In this document: piece by piece, positions 25,390 to 38,159 of the stretch
Position numbering within the stretch: the stretch's first letter is position 1
How the letters are laid out: every line of letters begins with the position of its first letter
From: Macrostomum lignano
Lineage: Eukaryota
Assembly (NCBI GenBank): GCA_002269645.1
Contig: NIVC01000024.1
Location: forward strand, 310,001-374,000
Length of the DNA: 64,000 nt
Direction of reading: 5' to 3'
The notes under the pieces: generated by a model
Seen by the model: the letters and a program-made list of their open reading frames with translations, nothing else
Told to the model about the DNA's origin: nothing
The model's database searches: none
Translations under genes and position numbers: made by a program

Positions 25390-25975
25390 TCAATAACTCA
25401 CGCATTCACTAATTCATAAGCTCACACACTCACGCATTCACTAATTCATAAGCTCACACACTCACGCATTCACTAATTCATAAACTCACTCACTCACGCA
25501 TTCACTAATTCATAAACTCACTCACTCACGCATTCACTAATTCATAAACTCACTCACTCACGCATTCACTAATTCATAAACTCACTCACTCACGCATTCA
25601 CTAATTCATAAACTCACTCACTCACGCATTCACTAATTCATAAACTCACTCACTCACGCATTCACTAATTCATAAACTCACTCACTCACACATTCACTAA
25701 TTCATAAACTCACTCACTCACACATTCACTAATTCATAAACTCACTTATTCACGCATTCACTAATTCATAAAATCACTTATTCACGCATTCACTAATTCA
25801 TAAACTCACTCACTCACACATTCACTAATTCATAAACTCACTTATTCACGCATTCACTAATTCATAAAATCACTTATTCACTTATTCACTAATTCATAAA
25901 CTCACTCACTCACACATTCACTAATTCATAAACTCACTTATTCACGCATTCACCAATTCTTAAACTCAGTCACAT
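25390..25975. repeat. Minisatellite, 32-bp unit AAACTCACTCACTCACGCATTCACTAATTCAT
   Basis: Tandem repeats. The reverse complement shares GAGTGAGTTTATGA with the array in the calmodulin-like intron. Confidence 0.95.
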
Positions 25976-26334
25976 TCACTAAAGTATTAATTATTGATAT
26001 TTGCTAGTAATTTAGCAGATACATTCCTATAGCTACTAGTTAACAGGACCAATGCATGGTGAAAACTATATAGTGCCTAGCACTGTGTCATGTCATTTTG
26101 TTCTGTACTTTTAGTACCTTCTTGCTGTTATTCTTGATAATACAAGTCCCTTCACATTATATGGCATATGGATTGAAGCTAATGTCCGTTGGGGAATAAA
26201 ATCCATATTAATATAGATTACTTTGTTTGATGAAACGGCATGACAGCCTAATGTGCTCAACTGAGTGATGCATGCTGTTCTCTAACTTCCTGGCATCCAT
26301 ATCCTGCACCTTGCCGCTGCCACAGAATCCTAGT

Positions 26335-28800
26335 ATCGCCCCCTGTATCCTCCCAGTGTCTTTAAGGAATCGCCCCCCCCCCTGTATCCTCCCAGTGTCT
26401 TTAAGGAATCGCCCCCCCCCCCTGTATCCTCCCAGTGTCTTTAAGGAATCGCCCCCCCCCCCTGTATCCTCCCAGTGTCTTTAAGGAATCGCCCCCCCTC
26501 CCGGTATCCTCCCAGTGTCTTTAAGGAATCGCCCCCCCCCTGTATTCTCCCAGTGTCTTTAAGGAATCGCCCCCCCCCCCTGTATTCTCCCAGTGTCTTT
26601 AAGGTGTCCCCCCGGTATCCTCCCAGTGTCTTTAAGGAATCCCCCCCCGCCTGTATCCTCCCAGTGTCTTTAAGGAATCCCGCCCCTGTATTCTCCCAGT
26701 GTCTTTAGGGTATCCCCCGGTATCCTCCCAGTGTCTTTAAGGAATCGCCCCCCCCCTGTATCCTCCCAGTGTCTTTAAGGAATCGCCCCCCCCCCTGTAT
26801 CCTCCCAGTGTCTTTAAGTACTCGCCCCCCCTTTATCCTCCCAGTGTCTTTAAGGAATCGCCCCCCCCCCTTTATCCTCCCAGTGTCTTTAAGGAATCGC
26901 CCCCCCCCTTTATCCTCCCAGTGTCTTTAAGGAATCGCCCTCCCCTTTATCCTCCCAGTGTCTTTAAGGAATCGCCCCCCCCCTTTATCCTCCCAGTGTC
27001 TTTAAGGAATCGCCCCCCCCTGTATCCTCACAGTGTCTTTAAGGAATCGCCCCCCCCTTTATCCTCCCAGTGTCTTTAAGGAATCGCCCCCCCCTTTATC
27101 CTCACAGTGTCTTTAAGGAATCGCCCCCCCCTGTATCCATCGTCTTTAAGGAATCGCCCTCCCCTTTATCCTCCCAGTGTCTTTAAGGAATCGCCCCCCC
27201 CCCTGTATCCTCCCAGTGTCTTTAAGGAATCGCCCCCCCCCTGTATCCTCACAGTGTCTTTAAGGAATCGCCCCCCCCCCCTGTATCCTCACAGTGTCTT
27301 TAAGGAATCGCCCCCCCCCCCTGTATCCATCGTCTTTAAGGAATCGCCCCCCCTTTATCCTCCCAGTGTCTTTAAGGAATCGCCCCCCTTTATCCTCCCA
27401 GTGTCTTTAAGGAATCGCCCCCCCTTTATCCTCCCAGTGTCTTTAAGGAATCGCCCCCCCTGTATTCTCCCAGTGTCTTTAAGGAATCGCCCCCCCCTGT
27501 ATTCTCCCAGTGTCTTTAACAGTAGAAAGACCACGCTATTTTTCCCCATGGGGAAAGACTATGGGGGGTGTATTACAAATACACACAACCAATTTCACCA
27601 TAGCTCGCAAACCGAATAACCGATTTTCGTAAAAGTCCACCATTTGGATCAAAATTTCCCCCTCTTTCCAACGAATTAACTTTCAAAGTCATCCGACGTC
27701 AGCATCGTCGAGATATTCAACGATTCTTGTCGAAGACACTGTTGGCAAGGACAACCAACACTACACTGTATAAACCTTTATGGTGAATCCATATTGGCTC
27801 AATAATCTGGGTCCATCTGTCGGAGAAGCCTTTGTTCTCAGCATCCCAGGAACGTTTCGGCCCGCTTTGGGCCAGTTAAATCTGTAACTCTCCAATTTAA
27901 CACGGTGCAAAAGCATAGTATAATATGCAGACATGCCTGGTTTGGTGCCTTGACAGAAAATTCACGATGTTGGGGGTGCCAGTTCGTCGGGGCCGCGTGG
28001 TGGCACTCCGTTGAAGGTCCCGAAGGTCACTTGTATGTCTACAGGTCAGCCTAGAGAGTCGCCATCGTCCATTTCATTCACCGTTTGTGTCTACTGACTG
28101 AATGTTGTATGCAGAAGAGGATTCTTCCATTTTCAGTTTTGGGAACGCAGCCGTCTCTGCGATGCCGATCGGGTGCTTTTGTTGAAGGTCCCGACGGTCG
28201 CCGCCGATGCTCCAGACGGTGATGAAGGAGACCCTGGTTCCTGGGATGCTGAGAACAAAGGCCTTTACGACTGATATGCATAGTTTCCTGAGCCGACGTG
28301 GTTTCATGATGAGATTTTGTGAACAGGAAAAATTTGCCAATGTTGGTGGTTTTTGCCACCGGACACCCCGAGGAGAATCGTTGAATATCTCGACGACGCC
28401 GATTTTTCGTGATTCTCGGAGTTGCTTCATCGAATAGAGCGGAAAATTTTAGCCCGTGTTCTGGATTTTGATGGCAATTGGTTGAATATTTTCGGAGATC
28501 CAGACAAAAGAAAAATGTGTGTATTTAAAATACACCCCCATGGTCTTTCTACTGTTAAGGAATCGCCCCCCCCCCTGTATTCTCCCAGTGTCTTTAAGGT
28601 ATCCCCCCGGTATCCTCCCAGTGTCTTTAAGGAATCGCCCCCCCCCCTGTATTCTCCCAGTGTCTTTAAGGAATCCCCCCCCTGTACTCTCCCAGTGTCT
28701 TTAAGGAATCGCCCCCCCCTGTATTCTCCCAGTGTCTTTAAGGTATCCCCCCGGTATCCTCCCAGTGTCTTTAAGGAATCGCCCCCCCCCTGTATCCTCC
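26335..28800. repeat. Minisatellite, about 38-bp unit CTGTATCCTCCCAGTGTCTTTAAGGAATCG(C)n, interrupted by a transposon at 27520-28554
   Basis: Arrays at 26335-27519 and 28555-28800 are in register across the insertion. Confidence 0.95.
27520..28554. mobile_element. 1035-bp foldback-like non-autonomous DNA transposon with TTAA TSD
   Basis: TTAA|CAGTAGAAAGACCA...TGGTCTTTCTACTG|TTAA. Further perfect inverted blocks at 27705-27727/28374-28396 (23 bp) and 27828-27853/28237-28262 (26 bp) are colinear, giving imperfect arms of about 330 bp. Confidence 0.88.
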
Positions 28801-28830
28801 CGCAAAGAACAGAACTTTTTTTAATAAATA

Positions 28831-28836
28831 TTTATT
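28831..28836 (-). terminator. Candidate polyadenylation signal of the GPCR gene
   Basis: TTTATT on + strand about 105 nt past the predicted stop at 28941. Confidence 0.45.
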
Positions 28837-28940
28837 TACGTGAACATTTTTTCTTACTTAACTTTTTACACGCATGGCATGGACAATCATTACGGACTGA
28901 AGGTTTTATGAGAAATGAGTTTGATTAGCTGCAAATCTCA

Positions 28941-29154
28941 TCAAGCGTTGCCAGCCTCATCAATATCGCTTTCAAGGACCGAAGTGCTGCCGCTTACTGT
29001 TAGATAGGTGCCGGTCATCTGGGGATGAGAGGTGGTGGTTCAGGGGGATTGTTTGTCTATCTATCTATCCACCTACCTATCTATCTAACTATTTATCTAT
29101 CTACCTATCTGTCTATCTATCTACCTATCTATCGATCTATCTATCTATCTATCC

Positions 29155-29208
<54 letters not shown>

Positions 29209-29230
29209 ATATCTATCTAACCATCTAGCC

Positions 29231-29263
<33 letters not shown>

Positions 29264-29286
29264 CCTATCTATCTATCTATCTAACC

Positions 29287-29338
<52 letters not shown>

Positions 29339-29347
29339 GTCTATCTG

Positions 29348-29422
<75 letters not shown>

Positions 29423-29423
29423 G

Positions 29424-29474
<51 letters not shown>

Positions 29475-29475
29475 G

Positions 29476-29532
<57 letters not shown>

Positions 29533-29557
29533 GTATCTATCTATCCATCTATCTATG

Positions 29558-29626
<69 letters not shown>

Positions 29627-30925
29627 GTTTATCCAGATGCCACTCAGTACCTGCTGCAGGCAGTGCCTCCGCCATCCAGCTGCCTCATCTGATTCATCAT
29701 CGCTGCGGTTTTGACTTTGGCTGCAGTCGCTGCCGGCTAAGCGACTCGTCGCTCCGTTATCAGCTGAGTAGTCGTTGATCCGGATGCTCGGGTTGGCCTG
29801 CTTGTTGCCAGCCGGGCCCCCCTGCTGGCCGCGGCCTCCGCCAGCCGCGCAGGTGTCCCTTCTCAGCGCGGAGCGGACTGTTCCCATGAGCTTCGACCGG
29901 AAGCCCTCGTAGGACACATAGTAGACCAGAATGTTGACAGTGGAGTCCAGGCACGTGGCCAGGTTGGCCAAGTAGCCGATGGTATTCCAACCAACCGTGA
30001 CAGCACTGTTGCTATCCAGACTGTCGCGGGGGTCAATGCACTTGAGCACGGTGGGCCATTCGAAGGCCAGAAATGCCAGGCAGATGCAGGTCACTGTTCG
30101 ATTCCTGGCGGCGAATCGGTCTCCTTGAAGCTTGACGTCGCCACGGCTGTGGCAGTGATGCCGATGCTGATGCTGCATCAGCCGAGCGCGGAGTCTGCGC
30201 TGAGCTAGGAGGCTTCTCAGCAGGCGCACGGTGCAAATTAGCAAGCAGATACAGGGACCGCAGCTCTGGAATAGCAAGAGCACAGCGCCCAGGTAGACTA
30301 TTCGGTAGACTTTTGAGCCATTCAGCTGGCTGTCCAGGTGGCTGACCTGCCAGTCCGATGAGCACACTACCGCTTGGAATTCGAAGAGTCTGGGCAGGGC
30401 GATGAGGCAGCTCAAGATGCCTGCCAGCATCAGGCGTCGGGCCGTGGCTCCGCGGGTTGGCCCGCTACTGCCGCCCCCGCGGGCTGTGCAGGCAGCAAGC
30501 AGCGAGCAGCGGAAATAGCTGATAGCAACTACAGCCCAATTGCGCAGAATGTGCAGCGCCGTTACCATAGCAACCGTGCCAGTGAGCACCATAGCAACCA
30601 ATTTCGCGGCCAGTCCATTTGGCAATCGAAGCAAATTGGAGTCCATAGCGTATATTAAAGTCTGGTTTAGAGCGAAAACGCCCTGGAATGCGGACTCCGC
30701 TACGGACAGAGCTCGCAGCAGCCGGTGAAACTCCAGACTAGGCTTCATGCGGAGGAACACGGCCCAGCTGATGAGATTCAACACGCAGTTGATTGTAGCC
30801 AAGCCGATGACGGCAGGGTAGTAGATTCTTAGCGCCGGGTGCTGGCTAAGGAATTCCCCGTTGTACAGGCTGGCGTTCTCGCACTCGTGACTGGAATTTC
30901 CGGTTAGAGTCAGGCTGTAGCTCAT
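28941..30925 (-). CDS. Rhodopsin-family (class A) orphan peptide-receptor-like GPCR, 2 exons, about 450 aa
   Basis: Exon 1 is 30925-29651 (donor CAG|GTACTG). Exon 2 is 29018-28941 (acceptor CTCTCATCCCCAG|, encoding [12 protein letters not shown]). Seven hydrophobic segments are present, with N-terminal glycosylation sequons (NSS, NAS), TM2 [13 protein letters not shown]4-ECL2 [12 protein letters not shown]6 LAFEWP and TM7 [10 protein letters not shown]. The pattern resembles FMRFamide/sex-peptide receptor-like groups. Exon 2 is less certain than exon 1. Confidence 0.82.
29055..29625. repeat. (CTAT)n / GATA microsatellite in the GPCR intron
   Basis: Direct reading. Confidence 0.98.
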
Positions 30926-31134
30926 GTCGCGTTGTGCTGACGGTCTGGGCAGCTAACTAGTTCAGGTTTGCCTGTCTGTCTAATGCGGCTGAGGCGAAGG
31001 GGATGAGACACCGATTGATTTATATTATAACCTGTGCGCCAGTTGGGGATGCCATCCAGTGTGTTCATTGGCTGCGGTCTGAATCTGTGAGATTCACTGT
31101 GGCCGAGATAGACGTGCGGCGCTGCCTCGGTAAT

Positions 31135-32815
<1,681 letters not shown>

Positions 32816-33399
32816 TTTTGCTAACACCTGTCCTTATCTTATCCAGCTCAAGTATGCAGCTTCTAATGATTATTAAATTGAATCAGTTTTGGCTGCACCT
32901 GGTTGCACTGCCTGAAATCACGGCTAAAAAAGATGACTTTATTGAATTCCCGATCTGTAGGCATTGGATCTTCAGTCCACTAAAAAGGCGGAAAATAAAT
33001 TAATCGAATGTTGAGCTAATTTAGGGAGCATGGGGACCAAGGATGAGGATATCCGCTTGATTAGCGCCAAAGTGAGTGCGGGATCCGGCTGTCGCACTGT
33101 TTCATCATCTGTCTCATTTTGTTTTAATTCAAATTAGCTGGCACAAGTCACAGTTCCACGGGAGGGATCGCTTAGTCAATGCAGTCCTGTCATAGGGCTG
33201 TCTCCGCGCCGCGCCTTTGGCCCGCATTAAACTTTCGTCCATCGTAGAAGCTCATGCTGGCAATGGGAAAGCCTATTTTAAGAGACTAGTTGGGCCAAGA
33301 GCAGCAATTATCTCAAATAACAGGCAGAATCCACACACGCTGCATTGTGGCTAAATATAGGGCCTATGCAGCAGATAGTGTTTTCACAGGGGTGTAGCA

Positions 33400-34660
33400 C
33401 TCGTAGATGGCAATGTGACAACTCATGGATGGATGTGTGACACTCATGGATGGATTTGTGACACTCATGGATGGATGTGTGACACTCATGGATTGGATGT
33501 GTGACACTCATGGATGGATTTGTGACACTCATGGATTGGATGTGTGACACTCTTGGATTGGATGTGTGACACTCATGGATGGATTTGTGACACTCTTGGA
33601 TGGATGTGTGACACTCTTGGATGTGTGACACTCTTGGATGGATGTGTGACACTCTTGGATGTGACACTCTTGGATGTGTGACACTCTTGCAGGATGTGTG
33701 ACACTCTTGGATGTGTGACACTCTTGGATGGATGTGTGACACTCTTGGATGTGTGACACTCTTGGATGGATGTGTGACACTCTTGGATGTGACACTCTTG
33801 GATGTGTGACACTCTTGGATGTGACACTCTTGGATGTGTGACACTCTTGGATGGATGTGTGACACTCTTGGATGTGTGACACTCTTGGATGTGTGACACT
33901 CATGAATAGATGTGTGACACTCATGAATAGATGTGTGACACTCATGAATAGATGTGTGACACTCATGAATAGATGTGTGACACTCATGAAATGGGGGATG
34001 TGGCACTCATGAATGGGGGATGTGGCACTCATGAAATGGGGGATGTGGCACTCATGAATGGGGGATGTGGCACTCATGAAATGGGGGATGTGACACTCAT
34101 GAATGGGGGATGTGACACTCATGACTAGATGTGTGACACTCATGAATAGATGTGTGACACTCATGAAATGGGGGATGTGGCACTCATGAATGGGGGATGT
34201 GGCACTCATGAATGGGGGATGTGGCACTCATGAATGGGGGATGTGACACTCATGAATAGATGTGTGACACTCATGAATAGATGTGTGACACTCATGAATG
34301 GGGGATGTGACACTCATGAATAGATGTGTGACACTCATGAATAGATGTGTGACACTCATGAATGGGGGATGTGACACTCATGAATAGATGTGTGACACTC
34401 ATGAATGGGGGATGTGACACTCATGAATGGGGGATGTGGCACTCATGAATGGGGGATGTGGCACTCATGAATGGGGGATGTGACACTCATGAATAGATGT
34501 GTGACACTCATGAATAGATGTGTGACACTCATGAATGGGGGATGTGACACTCATGAATAGATGTGTGACACTCATGAATGGGGGATGTGACACTCATGAA
34601 TGGGGGATGTGGCACTCATGAATGGGGGATGTGGCACTCATGAATGGGGGATGTGACATT
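33400..34660. repeat. Minisatellite with core GTGTGACACTC(A/T)TG and block-wise unit variants (15-22 bp)
   Basis: Tandem repeats. Confidence 0.95.
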
Positions 34661-35249
34661 CACCAACTCATTGGTTTAGTTGCAGTAAAATAAACATATC
34701 ACATGTATGGACCAAGGACCACTAGGAACACTTAGTTCTGAACGATTTTGCGAGCTTTGATTGGGCAACTCATTATATTGCAATGGTAAACAATGTGATG
34801 TGCAAATCCACCAACACATTTCAATGTAGCTCGTATATTTATTTATTTATTTTTAGCTAGAAAATATTCGGCATCCGAATAAACTCCAAATTCCGAATAA
34901 ATTCAACGCCACTTTGTAGTGGCGTTGAAGTGTCCTGTGCGTGCAGTGACATTAATTTTGGAGACTCCGTGTGTGCAGCATCGGCGCGGGATTCCGGCCT
35001 TGACCCCAGACACAGAGTGGCCACACAGAGTGAAGATGAGAATCTATGTGCGTGCTCAGGCATCAGGCGACCTGCTTGTCTCCTTGCTGACTGCGGGTCG
35101 GCTGTCGCTTTAATTTCAGCGGTGCCTAAAGACCCTCACTCTCTATAGCTAAATTTTATTAGCTACGGCGATTCAGTAACGCATGAGAAGGAACCACGCA
35201 AGCGCTGGTTGCTTGTCTTGGCATCATGCGGGTTGCCAGGATTTTTTAT

Positions 35250-35660
35250 TAGCTGTGTTGGTGCCGTTTTCTTTCAATTGCTGCCGTTTTTTATTAGTGC
35301 CATTTTATTTGAATTGGTGCCGTTTAATTTAATTGGTGCTGTTTTATTTGAATTGATGCCGTTTTATTTAAATTGGTGCTATTTTATTTGAATTGGTGCC
35401 GTTTAATTTAATTGGTGCTGTTTTATTTGAATTGGTGCCATTCTATTTAAATTGGTGCTAGTTTATTTGAATTGATGCCGTTTTATTTAAATTGGTGCCG
35501 TTTTTTTTAAATTGGTGTTATTTTATTTAAATTGGTGCCGTTTTTTTTAAATTGGTGCTATTTTACTTGAATTGTTGCCGTTTTATTTGAGCTGGTGCCA
35601 TTTTATTTGATATAGTGCCATTTTAGTTGAACTAGTGCCATTTTATTTGAGTAAGCGCCA
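35250..35660. repeat. Minisatellite, 20-bp unit TTTTATTTGAATTGGTGCCG
   Basis: Tandem repeats. Confidence 0.9.
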
Positions 35661-36105
35661 TTTTCTCGAATTTCGACTTGTTTAATAAGTATGCTAGCCT
35701 ATAGGCGCTGCTATAAGTTGAGTTTAGCTAATAATTAAATAAAAATTCTGTGAGAACATTAACATATGCTTGTATAGTAGCTGCACGCACCAGGCAAAGG
35801 AAATCGAGAGCTGAGAGCCAGAGGGGCCGGGGCTTCGCTTCTATACTGAGACTCCTTTCTCTCTCTCCGCTCCTCTCTTTCTTGCCGCTCACTTTTCACT
35901 CACCTTGGGCTGCCACCCACTCACCGCAACGCCCCCCCCTTCTCAACCCAACCCCCGGTTGTCAGGGGCGACTGCTGTACACCTGCGTGGCACAATTTCT
36001 ATAGCGAGCTGCATTCGTGACAGTCAACGGCTTATATAGACTTAGCATGCGTATCTTTCAAAATAGTTAATTAGCAAAGTCCATCAAACTGCAGTATCCA
36101 GAGCT

Positions 36106-37798
36106 ATGACAGACAGTTTAACGGAAGAGCAGGTGGCAGAGTGCAAGGAGGTGTTCGCCCTGTTCGACAAGCAGGGAGTCGGCCAGGTGCCCACCGAGTC
36201 ATTGGGACGCTTGCTGCGCGCCTTGGGATATAATCCTTCTAATAGGGAGGTTCAGGTGAGGATCCAGTTGATCGTGATGTGCCGTACGGCTTGATCTTAG
36301 GGAGTGCATACGAGTGCCTCCAGCTCGTATGAAAATTAATTGCGAAACTGTGTTCGACATTCAGAAAGGGGACGTGCAGAGTATATGGGTTCCTGAATGC
36401 TTTCGTTTATGAGCAGTAGTGCGGCCTGGGTTTTTATTGTGAACTGGACGGACGGGGATCCGTGTCCTTTTGCCACCCGGTTCGGAGGGGATAGAGCCCT
36501 CTTAACCATTGAGAGTGAGTTTATGAGTTCATGGGGATCCGTGTCCTTTTGCCACCCGGTTCGGAGGGGATAGAGCCCTCTTAACCATTGAGAGTGAGTT
36601 TATGAGTTCCTGAGTGATTTCATGAGTTCCTGGGTGAGTTCATGAGTTCCTGGGTGAGTTACTGAGCTCCTGAGTGAGTTCATGAGTTCATGAATTATTG
36701 TAGTTCCTGAATGAGTTCCCGAGTGAGTTCATGAATGAGATCCTGAATGAGTTGAGTGAGTTCATAAGTGAGTTTAATGAGTTCCTGAGTAAGTTCCTGG
36801 TGAGTTCATGAGTTCCCGAGTGAGTTTATGAGTTCCTGAGTGAGTTCATGAATTCCTGAGTGAGTTCATGAGTTCCTGAGTGAGTTCATGAGTTCCTGAG
36901 TGAGTTCATGAGTTCCCGAGTGAGTTCATGAGTTCCCGAGTGAGTTCATGAGTTCCTGAGTGAGTTCATGAGTGAGTTGAGTGAGTTCCCGAGTAAGTTG
37001 AGTGAGTTCCTGAGTAAGTTGAGTGAGTTCCCGAGTAAGTTGAGTGAGTTCCCGAGTAAGTTGAGTGAGTTCCCGAGTAAGTTGAGTGAGTTCCCGAGTA
37101 ATTTGAGTGAGTTCCCGAGTAAGTTGAGTGAGTTCCCGAGTAAGTTGAGTGAGTTCCCGAGTAAGTTGAGTGAGTTCCCGAGTAAGTTGAGTGAGTTCCC
37201 GAGTAAGTTGAGTGAGTTCTCGAGTAAGTTGAGTGAGTTCCCGAGTAAGTTGAGTGAGTTCCCGAGTAAGTTGAGTGAGTTCCCGAGTAAGTTGAGTGAG
37301 TTCCTGAGTAAGTTGAGTGAGTTCCCGAGTAAGTTGAGTGAGTTCCTGAGTTTATGAGAGCATGAGTAGATGAGTGCGTTTATGAATTGATAAGTATGCA
37401 ATAAGATAACTCTAAAGAGCCGCGCTCCCGATATGTAGCGTGATAAACTTCGCAAATTGAATATTCACCAGCCAAAAAATTGCCCCCTCTTGCAGGAGAT
37501 GATCAGCCAAGTGGCCTCCGAATCTGGGGATGTAATCGACTTCACCACCTTCAGCGATCTGGTTGGCAAGCGACTGTCTGCCGTGTCCACCTCCGAGGAC
37601 ACCTTGGAGGAGGCGTTCCGCGCCTTGGACCGTCAGCTGACCGGCCGGCTGAAGGCGGCGGATCTGCGAGTGCTGCTGACCAACATGGGCGAGTGCCTGA
37701 CGGAGGAGGAGGTTGAGGAGATGATGCAGGAGGCCCAGGTCGGGCCGAAAGGCGAGTTCGACTATCGCGAGTTCACCCGATTGGTCTTGTCGAAGTAG
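36106..37798 (+). CDS. Calmodulin-like / myosin light chain-like EF-hand protein, 2 exons, 150 aa
   Basis: Exons 36106-36255 (CAG|GTGAGG) and 37496-37798 (TTGCAG|), phase 0. [68 protein letters not shown] is the calmodulin scaffold. All four Ca2+ loops are degenerate. Confidence 0.9.
36454..36610. repeat. 79-bp tandem duplication at the start of the intronic array
   Basis: GGGGATCCGTGTCC...GAGTTTATGAGTTC starts at 36454 and at 36533. Confidence 0.92.
36600..37350. repeat. Minisatellite, 20-bp GAGTGAGTTCATGAGTTCCT grading into 21-bp GAGTAAGTTGAGTGAGTTCCC, in the calmodulin-like intron
   Basis: Tandem repeats. Confidence 0.95.
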
Positions 37799-37980
37799 AA
37801 ACAGATATTTTAATAGGCTCAGCAGTCGCTTATAGCTGCTTACTGCTTCTTTGTTTACCATGTTTACAGGTAGCTGCTTAGCAACGCAACTCGTTTACCA
37901 TGGTTACCACCGGCTGCCTTACCAACGAACGACTATTAAAAATGTAAAATTTGTTGTAGTAAAATTGCAAATGACTGTAA

Positions 37981-37986
37981 AATAAA
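37981..37986 (+). terminator. Candidate polyadenylation signal AATAAA of the calmodulin-like gene
   Basis: About 180 nt after the stop codon. Confidence 0.5.
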
Positions 37987-38159
37987 CAAAAGATATGAAA
38001 AAGCAGAATCCTCATTATATACATATATTTAATCCTCGTTACCTATTATTCTAAAAAACAAGCTATATGGCTTTGAGATTGGTAAGTCACTGAGTGCATC
38101 TGGCGGTGTCTGTGCGGTTGCACAGGAAGATGGCGCAAAAACTGCGCATTTACAGGTCA

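Noticed and set aside
26215-26335. Short coding-like minus-strand stretch GFCGSGKVQDMDARK..
   Set aside because: No convincing splice acceptor, start codon or recognisable motif.
29621-29650. VLSGIWINR* as the GPCR C-terminus
   Set aside because: It is more likely intronic read-through past a donor site, because an in-frame downstream exon exists. Not fully excluded.
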